Shown here piece by piece: positions 25,200 through 32,535 of a stretch of 37,923 nt of DNA; the stretch's first letter is position 1; every line of letters begins with the position of its first letter. This DNA is from an archaeon (lineage in GTDB: Archaea; Iainarchaeota; Iainarchaeia; Iainarchaeales; Iainarchaeaceae): contig JANLGZ010000019.1 of NCBI GenBank assembly GCA_024653905.1, positions 1-37,923 on the forward strand. Direction: 5' to 3'. The notes beneath the pieces are model-generated. The model saw only the letters and a program-made list of their open reading frames with translations, ran no database searches and was not told the DNA's origin. A program made the translations under genes and the position numbers.

Positions 25200-25652
25200 A
25201 TGGATGAAACAATTTTGAAAATACTAACAGCAGGAATAATGGGAATTTTCATAGGGTCATTGTTTACAATGGCTTTTATGCAAGACCATAACATGGAAGA
25301 CATGAACACCGATGCAAAAAGAACAGAATTCATTGAATTAAAAGAATCAATCCAAGGTGATTTAATGCCAAATACCAAATACAGATGTTGCTTAGAAAAA
25401 GCATGCACTTACTGCATTGAAAAAACTCCGGGGCATGGAGAAGACGCAGTTTGTGATTGTTTAGCAGATATACTAAATGGAGTTCATCCTTGCGGAGAAT
25501 GTATTGGGGAAATATTAGAAGGGCATGGCAATCCGCTTCTGGCAGAATATTTCGCGCGGGCAATTGCTGAAAAAGTCGGAGAAGCTCATAAGGAAACTTT
25601 GAAACAAATAATTTTTGAAAAATACGAGTTTCCACTAAAAGATCAATTATGA
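25200..25652 (+). CDS. membrane-anchored protein with an 8-Cys cluster domain, hypothetical
   Basis: 150 aa. TM anchor (ILTAGIMGIFIGSLFTMAF), a His/Met-rich stretch (QDHNMEDMN), then YRCCLEKACTYCIEKTPGHGEDAVCDCLADILNGVHPCGECIGEILEGHG. GAGGGG Shine-Dalgarno. Confidence 0.55.
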   Translation: MDETILKILTAGIMGIFIGSLFTMAFMQDHNMEDMNTDAKRTEFIELKESIQGDLMPNTKYRCCLEKACTYCIEKTPGHGEDAVCDCLADILNGVHPCGECIGEILEGHGNPLLAEYFARAIAEKVGEAHKETLKQIIFEKYEFPLKDQL

Positions 25653-25666
25653 AAAAGTGATTCAAA

Positions 25667-26896
25667 ATGAAAAAACTGTTTACAATAGCCATTGCATTAA
25701 TCATTCTTTCTGCAATGGCTTCCTCTCACTCCGAACACAACAGCACTGAACTTGAAAGCCAACTTCAGCAAGTGGAAACAAATAACAGAGAAATAATTAT
25801 TTACAAGAACGAAGCATGCGGTCATTGCAATATATATTTGAAAGAATTCAGAAACTTTCTTTCACTACATGGTTATACTAAGGTTCAAGAAAAATTAATG
25901 ATAAATGATCCTGTAATAAGACAAGAAGTTGCAATGCTTCACAATGAAAGAAATGTACCCTTAGAAATGCAGGGACATATGGTAATTACTGTTGATGATT
26001 CACTTATTTTAGAAGGACACGTTCCAATTCCAATACTTGAGAATTTGTTTGAAGAATACAATGAAAAACTATTTCCAAAAATAGTGGTTTACCAGGATTT
26101 CATGCTTCCATTTGAAGATTTGGAATCTTATAAAACAATGAATGAACAAGGAGAAATACAAGAATGTGAAATTAAAGAGGATATATTAGAATGCTCTGAA
26201 CTTGGCGGAGAAATAATGCCAAAAGAGGCTTTACTCCCTTTAGTTATTTTCACGGGGTTAATTGATGGAATAAATCCATGTGCTTTTGGAGTATTGTTAT
26301 TCTTTATTGCATTTTTGTATACAATTAGACGTTCTAAAATGGAAATCTACAAGGTAGGGTTTGTTTTCATTTTCATGATTTTCCTAACCTACCTTTTGAT
26401 AGGTTTGGGTTTACTGCAGGCAATTCTCATTTCAGGAGTACCGCATTTATTTGGAAAAATCAGTACAGTTTTGATGCTAGCCCTTGCTTTGGTTAACATT
26501 AAAGATTATTTTTTCTATGGAAAATGGTTCTCGCTTAAAATCCCGTCATTCGCAGCACCAATTATAAAAGAAAGAATGAATGATATGACACTTGCAGGAG
26601 TTATAATCCTTGGTTTCTTAGTTGGATTATGCACCTTCCCTTGCTCAGGCGGAATTTATGTAGGAATACTTTCTTTGATGGCGATACAGACTACATTCAT
26701 CGAAGGTTTGGGTTTGCTGCTGCTTTACAATGTGATGTTTGTTGTACCCCTAATAATTATTCTGTTCGTTGCAAGCAATGAAAAAGTAGCAGACAAACTA
26801 AATGATTGGGAAAAGAATAACAAAAAGAATATGAAACTAGCATCTGGAATAGTGATGCTCATACTCGCAGCAATTTTGTGGTTTTTTTCATTTTAA
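25667..26896 (+). CDS. fusion of a DUF411-paralogous thioredoxin-like domain (CGHC) to a CcdA/DsbD-type transmembrane thiol-disulfide electron-transfer domain
   Basis: 409 aa. Signal peptide. IIIYKNEACGHCNIYL...VPLEMQGHMVI....LILEGHVPIPILENLFEE aligns with the DUF411 ORF at 24738. Then about 6 TMs carrying DGINPCAFGVLLFF and GLCTFPCSGGIY, the two conserved Cys helices of CcdA/DsbD. Confidence 0.75.
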   Translation: MKKLFTIAIALIILSAMASSHSEHNSTELESQLQQVETNNREIIIYKNEACGHCNIYLKEFRNFLSLHGYTKVQEKLMINDPVIRQEVAMLHNERNVPLEMQGHMVITVDDSLILEGHVPIPILENLFEEYNEKLFPKIVVYQDFMLPFEDLESYKTMNEQGEIQECEIKEDILECSELGGEIMPKEALLPLVIFTGLIDGINPCAFGVLLFFIAFLYTIRRSKMEIYKVGFVFIFMIFLTYLLIGLGLLQAILISGVPHLFGKISTVLMLALALVNIKDYFFYGKWFSLKIPSFAAPIIKERMNDMTLAGVIILGFLVGLCTFPCSGGIYVGILSLMAIQTTFIEGLGLLLLYNVMFVVPLIIILFVASNEKVADKLNDWEKNNKKNMKLASGIVMLILAAILWFFSF

Positions 26897-26908
26897 GGGG
26901 TTAGAAAA

Positions 26909-27055
26909 ATGAGCAAATGTTTTTGGTGCAGAAAAGAATTTGAAAAAGGAATTACAATGGATAAAAAAGAATTTTGTTCAGGGAAATGTGTTTCTGAATA
27001 CAAAGCAAAAACAAAAGAACTTTCAAATGACAGCAATACTTGTGAGTTCTGTTAA
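26909..27055 (+). CDS. stand-alone TRASH/YHS-like zinc-ribbon metal-binding mini-protein
   Basis: Hand-translated 48 aa: MSKCFWCRKEFEKGITMDKKEFCSGKCVSEYKAKTKELSNDSNTCEFC. Cys spacing is C-x2-C-x15-C-x3-C, plus a terminal CEFC. AGGGG Shine-Dalgarno. Too short for the ORF track. Confidence 0.55.
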   Translation: MSKCFWCRKEFEKGITMDKKEFCSGKCVSEYKAKTKELSNDSNTCEFC

Positions 27056-27057
27056 AA

Positions 27058-27501
27058 ATGAACAAAAAAACAAAATACGAACTAATAACAGTTGGACTAG
27101 CAATATTGTTCTTTATAATCATGGGAACACCAACCGCATTAGTACCAAACCCGTTTCTAGAATATACTAGAATGATTGAGGCAACATTCTTTGACTATTT
27201 TTTTCTTGCAACAACATCAATAATGCTCGCAGTACTCATTTCATTGAAACTTTATTTCAAATCTGAAAAACAAATAGGCGCAAAAGAAGTTACGGGAGGA
27301 GTTGCAGGATTTGTTGCATTCAGCTGTCCGATATGCAACATGCTTTTAGTAGCACTTCTCGGCGGGGCAACAATAATGGCCTTTATTGAACCCCTAAGGC
27401 CGATACTTGGCATGGTTTCAATAGTTATTTTAGGTTACCTTATTTACAATACAGGGCAATGCAAAGAATGCACTGCCACAGAAACAACTACACAAGCATA
27501 A
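27058..27501 (+). CDS. 4-TM membrane protein with intramembrane CPIC and a C-terminal CKEC motif
   Basis: 147 aa. TM3 is GVAGFVAFSCPICNMLLVALLGG. The tail is NTGQCKECTATETTTQA. The start is 2 nt after the upstream stop. Confidence 0.55.
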   Translation: MNKKTKYELITVGLAILFFIIMGTPTALVPNPFLEYTRMIEATFFDYFFLATTSIMLAVLISLKLYFKSEKQIGAKEVTGGVAGFVAFSCPICNMLLVALLGGATIMAFIEPLRPILGMVSIVILGYLIYNTGQCKECTATETTTQA

Positions 27502-27517
27502 ATAGGAGAGTGAAACT

Positions 27518-28705
27518 ATGAAAACAGCAATGGGAATAATATTAATCAGTTTGATTATTGTGAGCGGCTGTATTGCTAACACAAACAGCGAACAAACAAC
27601 AAACAATGAGAGTGAGAAAATTGAATTTTCAAACATTTCCGCACAGGAATTAAACCAAAAACTTGAAAACAAGGATTTCTTTTTGCTTGATGTTCATATA
27701 CCTGAACAGGAACACATTCAGGGAACGGACGCATTTATCCCTTACAATGAACTGGGGGCAAACCTTCCAAAACTGCCACAAGATAAAAGCACGCCGATAG
27801 TAGTTTACTGCAGAAGCGGAACAATGAGTCCCGAGGCTTCACAAAAACTAATTGATTTGGGTTACATAAATGTAATGAATCTTGAAGGCGGAATCAAGGG
27901 GTTTAACGCAATTCAAACTCAAGCTGAACAAGAAATTAGCAAAGGGAATTTGCTTCTTGAATCAGTTGCACCAATAGAAGGAATTGTTTTGCCTGTAAAG
28001 TGGAATGATGTTCTTGTTAAAACAATTGAAGCTGGAGGAATTGATTTGAATAAGTACAATACTCAACTCGCAAAATATAATACTAAATTAACTCCAGAAC
28101 ACGAAAAAATACTTTTCGATGGGAGCGATGAAAATATTATTTTCAGCCATGAAACAGCGCTTTTTAATTTAAACATGCTATGGGCACTTGGATTGATTAA
28201 TGATAATCCAATTCTCACTGAAGGAAAAATTTCCGAATATGAAACTAAAGGAAGGTTTGCCTCAACCGGAGGATGGACTCTTGGAACAAACCCAGGAGGG
28301 GAATTATTGGCAACTGCAAAAATAATTGAACTTACACCTGAACAGCAGGCGATTGTGGAAGAAGTCACCTCGAATGTTTACAGGCCATGCTGTGGAAACT
28401 CAACTGCTTTTCCTGATTGCAACCACGGCATGGCGGCACTCGCGCTCGCCGAACTCATGGCATCGCAGGGAGCAACAAAAGAACAGATTTATGACGCGCT
28501 TCTTGTTGCAAACTCCTACTGGTTCACGCAGACATATGTTAATACCGCAGCTTATCTTGAACAGCAGGGGAAAAGCTGGGAAAATGCTGATGCAAAAGAA
28601 ATTCTTGGAGCAGAGTTTTCAAGTTACTCGGGAAGTATTACAACACAAAAAGCGCTTGAAAACACATATCAAGTGAATAAAGGAGCAGGAGCCTGCGGGG
28701 TTTGA
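27518..28705 (+). CDS. lipoprotein: extracytoplasmic rhodanese domain plus a C-terminal CCG...C.H Cys domain
   Basis: 395 aa. Lipobox VSGC. Rhodanese region FLLDVH.P.E...G......P...L.......DKSTPIVVYCRSGTMS...A...L...GY..V.NLEGGI. C-terminal NVYRPCCGNSTAFPDCNHGMAALALAELMASQGATKEQIY. Ends GAGACGV. AGGAG Shine-Dalgarno. Confidence 0.7.
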   Translation: MKTAMGIILISLIIVSGCIANTNSEQTTNNESEKIEFSNISAQELNQKLENKDFFLLDVHIPEQEHIQGTDAFIPYNELGANLPKLPQDKSTPIVVYCRSGTMSPEASQKLIDLGYINVMNLEGGIKGFNAIQTQAEQEISKGNLLLESVAPIEGIVLPVKWNDVLVKTIEAGGIDLNKYNTQLAKYNTKLTPEHEKILFDGSDENIIFSHETALFNLNMLWALGLINDNPILTEGKISEYETKGRFASTGGWTLGTNPGGELLATAKIIELTPEQQAIVEEVTSNVYRPCCGNSTAFPDCNHGMAALALAELMASQGATKEQIYDALLVANSYWFTQTYVNTAAYLEQQGKSWENADAKEILGAEFSSYSGSITTQKALENTYQVNKGAGACGV

Positions 28706-28707
28706 TT

Positions 28708-29136
28708 TTAATGAGAATGTCTGCTATTCTTGAACGAAGCCGCGCAATGTGAACAACAAAAAACCATTTCTTTTTCTTTAATTTTTTCTTTATACCCGCC
28801 TTTGTAAACTTCGCAAGCACAGTGAGCACACTTTGATAAATTCGGTTCGATTGCAAGTTCAACGAGTTCAGAAAATCTGTGAAGCATTTTTTCACAAAAT
28901 TTCTTTCCTTCAGGAGTCAGAACATAAACTTTTTTCTCACGCTCACCCTCAGACTTGATTTTAATGTAATTATGCTCCTCAAGCTTTGCAAGGAATGGAT
29001 AAACCTGACCGGGAGAAAACTTTTTCCCAGTTTTTTCACCAACAGTTTTAATTAAGTCATATCCGTGTTTGGGACCTTCATACAGAAGCATCAGTGAATA
29101 AAATTTAGCTAAGTTGGTGACCTTTATTTCTCCCAT
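28708..29136 (-). CDS. PadR-family transcriptional regulator with a C-terminal TRASH metal-binding domain
   Basis: 142 aa from the ATG at 29136 (MGEIKV...). LMLLYEGPKHGYDLIKTVGEKTGKKFSPGQVYPFLAKLEEHNYI....EGEREKKVY.LTPEGKKF is the PadR wHTH. The C-terminus CAHCACEVYKGGYKEKIKEKEMVFCCSHC gives C-x2-C-x20-C-x3-C. The track start at 29211 would add an implausible hydrophobic extension. Confidence 0.75.
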   Translation of the reverse strand: MGEIKVTNLAKFYSLMLLYEGPKHGYDLIKTVGEKTGKKFSPGQVYPFLAKLEEHNYIKIKSEGEREKKVYVLTPEGKKFCEKMLHRFSELVELAIEPNLSKCAHCACEVYKGGYKEKIKEKEMVFCCSHCAASFKNSRHSH

Positions 29137-29168
29137 ATTAACACATCCACACAAAAGAGTTAAAAGGA

Positions 29169-29191
29169 GATATATCTTATTATGATATATC
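29169..29191. promoter_or_regulatory. two copies of the palindrome GATATATC, 7 bp apart, in the divergent PadR/copA promoter region
   Basis: GATATATC at 29169-29176 and 29184-29191. Each is self-complementary and TATA-like. They lie about 33-55 bp upstream of the PadR ATG and about 22-44 bp upstream of the micro-ORF ATG. Confidence 0.4.
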
Positions 29192-29212
29192 AAATTTAGG
29201 AGGTCTTGCACT

Positions 29213-29251
29213 ATGAACGGTGGAGGCGGATGTTGTGGAGGAGGGCGATAA
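29213..29251 (+). CDS. possible 12-codon Gly/Cys micro-ORF (MNGGGGCCGGGR) in the copA leader
   Basis: ATG at 29213 lies 9 nt after AGGAGG. ATGAACGGTGGAGGCGGATGTTGTGGAGGAGGGCGATAA. The segment is conspicuously G-rich in an AT-rich context. Translation is unproven. Confidence 0.25.
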   Translation: MNGGGGCCGGGR

Positions 29252-29294
29252 GCCCTTTTTCAAAACCTAAAAAAGTAATTGATGAGGCTGCAAA

Positions 29295-31961
29295 ATGACG
29301 AAAGTAAAAGACCCTGTTTGCGGAATGGAAATAGAACAAGAAACTGCAAAATTTAAGGAAACTGTAAATGGCAAGGAATACTATTTCTGCTCAAAAGATT
29401 GCAGGGACAAGTTCCTTGCTGAAAATTCTTCTAAAAAAATTTCAAAAAAAATGAATCACAAAAATATGCAACACGAAATGCACTCAGAACACAAACAAAA
29501 AGAAAGTGCTCTTTCAAAAGAAACAATAGCAGTTACTGATATGCACTGCGCTTCTTGTGCCCTTACAATTGAAAAAAACCTAAAAAAAGTTCCGGGTGTT
29601 GAATCCGCAAACGTGAATTTTGCCAACGCAAGAGCCACAATTAATTTTGATAAAAACAAAACCAACAGAAGCATGCTTGAAGAATCAATAGAAAAATCTG
29701 GTTATGGCGTTGTAAAAGAACAAGCTACAAGTAAAGATAAAATAATTTTATTAGTTTCAGGAATGAACAACCCTCATTGCGGAGGAATAATAGAATCTAC
29801 ACTTGGAAAAACAAAAGGAGTTAAGAGTTATCAAATTAATATTGCGACACAAAAAGCAACAATCTATTTCGAACCTGAATTAGTTAAAGTAAATGATTTA
29901 ATTCAGGCTATTTCAAATGCAGGCTATGATGCAAAAGTATCCGAAAATACAGACCTTGAAAAAGAAGCAAGAGAAAAAGAAATGAATGATTTCAAAATAA
30001 AGTTTTTTGCATCAATTACTCTATCAGTTCCATTAATGTATCTGATGGCTGCAAATTTTTTACCACTTCCTGTACCTGAAATTGTTTTACAGAATGAAGC
30101 ATTATTACAATTAATATTAGCAACCCCGGTAATGTGGGTTGGAAGAAAATTCTTTTCTTCAGGATTAAAAGCATTGATTCTGAACAGAACCCCAAACATG
30201 GATACATTAGTTGCAATAGGTGTTGGTTCTGCCTACATTTACAGTTTAGTTGCAGTAATAGCCATCCTTACAGGCTCGGCAGTATTTTCGGTGCACGATC
30301 TTTACTTTGAGGTCGCCGCCTTCTTAATTGCATTTATCTTGCTTGGAAAATATTTTGAAGCACTTGCAAAAGGAAAAACCTCCGAAGCAATAAAAAAACT
30401 CATGGGATTACAGGCAAAAACAGCAATAGTTGAAAGGGATGGAAAAGAAATTGTGATTCCGATTGAGGACGTACAGATAGGAGACATAGTTATTGTAAAA
30501 CCAGGGCAGAAAATCCCGGTTGATGGAATTGTTGTTAATGGTCATTCTTCAGTTGATGAAAGCATGGTTACGGGAGAAAGTATTCCGACAGAAAAAAATA
30601 TTGGCGACACTGTTATTGGTTCTACGATCAACAAGACCGGAAGCTTCAAATTCAAGGCGAATAAAATAGGCGCGGACACAATGTTAAGCCAGATAATAAA
30701 AATGGTTGAAGAAGCTCAGGGAAGTAAGGCGCCAATACAGGAATTTGCGGATAAAGTTTCTTCAGTATTCGTTCCAATAGTAATGGCAATTGCAATTGTT
30801 ACAGGATTATTCTGGTTGTTCATAGGGGCACAAAGCTTTTTATTTGCACTAACAATTTTCATAACAGTAATGATAATCGCATGCCCATGTGCAATGGGTC
30901 TTGCGACACCAACAGCAGTAATGGTCGGAACAGGAATTGGAGCCGAACACGGAATCCTGATTAAAAGTGCTGAATCATTACAAAAAGCTGAAAAAATTGA
31001 TACTATTGTTTTCGATAAAACAGGAACACTCACAAAAGGAAAACCTGAGGTTACAAATATTATTGCACTTAATGGATTTGGAGAAAAAGAAATTTTGGAA
31101 ATTGCTGCTGCAATTGAAAACAAAAGCGAACATCCTCTTGGAGAAGCTATTGTAAATTATGCAAAAGATAAAAAAATTAATTTTGGTTCCCCGGAAAAAT
31201 TTAATTCAATAAGCGGAAAAGGAATTGAAGCAATTTACAAAAACAAAAATATTCTGCTTGGAAACAGAAAACTTTTTACAGAAAAAAATATTCAAATAAA
31301 AGAACTTGAATCCACACTTCAGAATTTGGAAGTAGAAGGAAAAACCGCAATGCTTATTTCAATCAACAATAAACCCGCAGGAATAATTGCGGTTGCTGAT
31401 ACTATTAAAGAAAATTCTAAAAAGGCAATTGAAATGTTGCACAAAATGGGCAAAGAAACAATAATGATTACAGGTGATAATGAGAGAACTGCAAATGCTA
31501 TTGCAAAGCAGGTTGGAATTGACAAAGTGCTTGCAGAGGTGCTTCCTGAGGATAAAGCAAACGAAATCAAAAAACTTCAGGAACAAGGCAAAAAAGTAGC
31601 AATGGTAGGAGATGGCATTAATGACGCCCCTGCACTAGCCAGAGCAGATATAGGAATAGCAATCGGTTCAGGAACAGACGTGGCAATAGAAACAGGGGAC
31701 ATAGTGCTGGTGAAAAGCGATTTAAGGGATGTTGTAACAGCAATTGATCTAAGCAAGTACACGATGAACAAGATAAAACAGAACTTCTTCTGGGCATTTA
31801 TTTACAATATTATTGGCATTCCAGTAGCAATGGGGGTTTTGTACCCCTTCACAGGATGGCTTTTAAGTCCAGTAATAGCTGGTACAGCAATGGCATTTTC
31901 ATCAGTATCTGTTGTTAGTAATTCGCTTTTAATGAAAAGATATAAATCCAAAATAAAATAA
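29295..31961 (+). CDS. copA: copper-translocating P1B-type ATPase (YHS/TRASH + HMA + degenerate HMA N-terminus)
   Basis: 888 aa. DPVCGMEIE....[12 protein letters not shown] (YHS), His/Met linker [17 protein letters not shown]1 with MHCASC, HMA2 with only [14 protein letters not shown] motif ([11 protein letters not shown]), [15 protein letters not shown]. Confidence 0.95.
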   Translation: MTKVKDPVCGMEIEQETAKFKETVNGKEYYFCSKDCRDKFLAENSSKKISKKMNHKNMQHEMHSEHKQKESALSKETIAVTDMHCASCALTIEKNLKKVPGVESANVNFANARATINFDKNKTNRSMLEESIEKSGYGVVKEQATSKDKIILLVSGMNNPHCGGIIESTLGKTKGVKSYQINIATQKATIYFEPELVKVNDLIQAISNAGYDAKVSENTDLEKEAREKEMNDFKIKFFASITLSVPLMYLMAANFLPLPVPEIVLQNEALLQLILATPVMWVGRKFFSSGLKALILNRTPNMDTLVAIGVGSAYIYSLVAVIAILTGSAVFSVHDLYFEVAAFLIAFILLGKYFEALAKGKTSEAIKKLMGLQAKTAIVERDGKEIVIPIEDVQIGDIVIVKPGQKIPVDGIVVNGHSSVDESMVTGESIPTEKNIGDTVIGSTINKTGSFKFKANKIGADTMLSQIIKMVEEAQGSKAPIQEFADKVSSVFVPIVMAIAIVTGLFWLFIGAQSFLFALTIFITVMIIACPCAMGLATPTAVMVGTGIGAEHGILIKSAESLQKAEKIDTIVFDKTGTLTKGKPEVTNIIALNGFGEKEILEIAAAIENKSEHPLGEAIVNYAKDKKINFGSPEKFNSISGKGIEAIYKNKNILLGNRKLFTEKNIQIKELESTLQNLEVEGKTAMLISINNKPAGIIAVADTIKENSKKAIEMLHKMGKETIMITGDNERTANAIAKQVGIDKVLAEVLPEDKANEIKKLQEQGKKVAMVGDGINDAPALARADIGIAIGSGTDVAIETGDIVLVKSDLRDVVTAIDLSKYTMNKIKQNFFWAFIYNIIGIPVAMGVLYPFTGWLLSPVIAGTAMAFSSVSVVSNSLLMKRYKSKIK

Positions 31962-32094
31962 TGCAAAAATCCTACATTGGGCCTCTATTGTACGAACAAA
32001 CAACGTAAGACATATGTTTCAAAAAAAAGTATAGGTTTATTTTAAATATTGTTCGTTTAACTTATTCGAATAATATTAATGGGGTGGTTTTCAC

Positions 32095-32175
32095 ATGAAA
32101 GAACTTGATGAAATCAGATTGCAGGATGACGAAGATAACGACGATAGAGACGGAGAAGAATGGGAAGACGATTAA
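32095..32175 (+). CDS. possible 26-aa highly acidic peptide
   Basis: MKELDEIRLQDDEDNDDRDGEEWEDD. The ATG lies 7 nt after GGGGTGG. No other support. Confidence 0.2.
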   Translation: MKELDEIRLQDDEDNDDRDGEEWEDD

Positions 32176-32247
32176 TTCCCATTCCTTTTACTTATTTTTA
32201 AAAACCCAAAGATATAAATTCAAAAAACACTTATTATTAGGATTTAA

Positions 32248-32535
32248 ATGGTGTTTGGAATTAGAAGAAAAATCAGAGCTTTTTTTCACCCTGAGAATAA
32301 TGGGGGGCATGGCAGAATACCCCATCTTAACCCAAAAAGGCATAAAACAAAAGTTTCAACTGAAGGGTTTGAACAATTAATAACTGAATTTAGCAAGAAA
32401 ACAGGAATCCCTATTGCTGATGCCAGAAAAGTTATCAAGAGTTATTGTGAAGTCGATGATAAATTACACTCTACAATAGCTAAAGATAATATAGATATAG
32501 CAAAAGAGCAAATACCTGAATTTGAACAAACCTAA
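32248..32535 (+). CDS. hypothetical protein
   Basis: 95-aa ORF with a basic N-terminus and an acidic helical C-terminus. No motif recognised. It overlaps the convergent ITPase gene stop by 4 nt. Confidence 0.35.
   Translation: MVFGIRRKIRAFFHPENNGGHGRIPHLNPKRHKTKVSTEGFEQLITEFSKKTGIPIADARKVIKSYCEVDDKLHSTIAKDNIDIAKEQIPEFEQT

Noticed and set aside
26940-27170. 76-aa + strand ORF spanning the TRASH ORF and the start of the next gene
   Set aside because: It is out of frame with two better-supported genes (the Cys-motif TRASH ORF at 26909-27055 and the 4-TM ORF from 27058). Its sequence is basic and low-complexity.
28063-28895. Alternative-frame and antisense ORFs inside the rhodanese and PadR genes (28063-28368 minus, 28326-28676 plus, 28638-28895 minus)
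   Set aside because: They overlap ORFs with clear domain signatures and have biased, motif-free translations.
29137-29211. Track start at 29211 for the PadR-TRASH gene (extra 25 residues MQDLLNLIYHNKIYLLLTLLCGCVN)
   Set aside because: The extension would run through the palindromic promoter elements and add a hydrophobic segment foreign to PadR proteins. The ATG at 29136 gives the normal PadR N-terminus.
22493-31961. Interpretation of the Cys-protein island as a mercury-resistance (mer) operon
   Set aside because: No MerA reductase, MerB lyase, MerP or MerR-like gene is present. The only pump is a CPC-type CopA with YHS/HMA domains, and a DUF411/CopG-like protein is present. A copper/thiol-redox role therefore fits better. 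MerT/MerC-like mechanics remain possible for the two 4-TM proteins.
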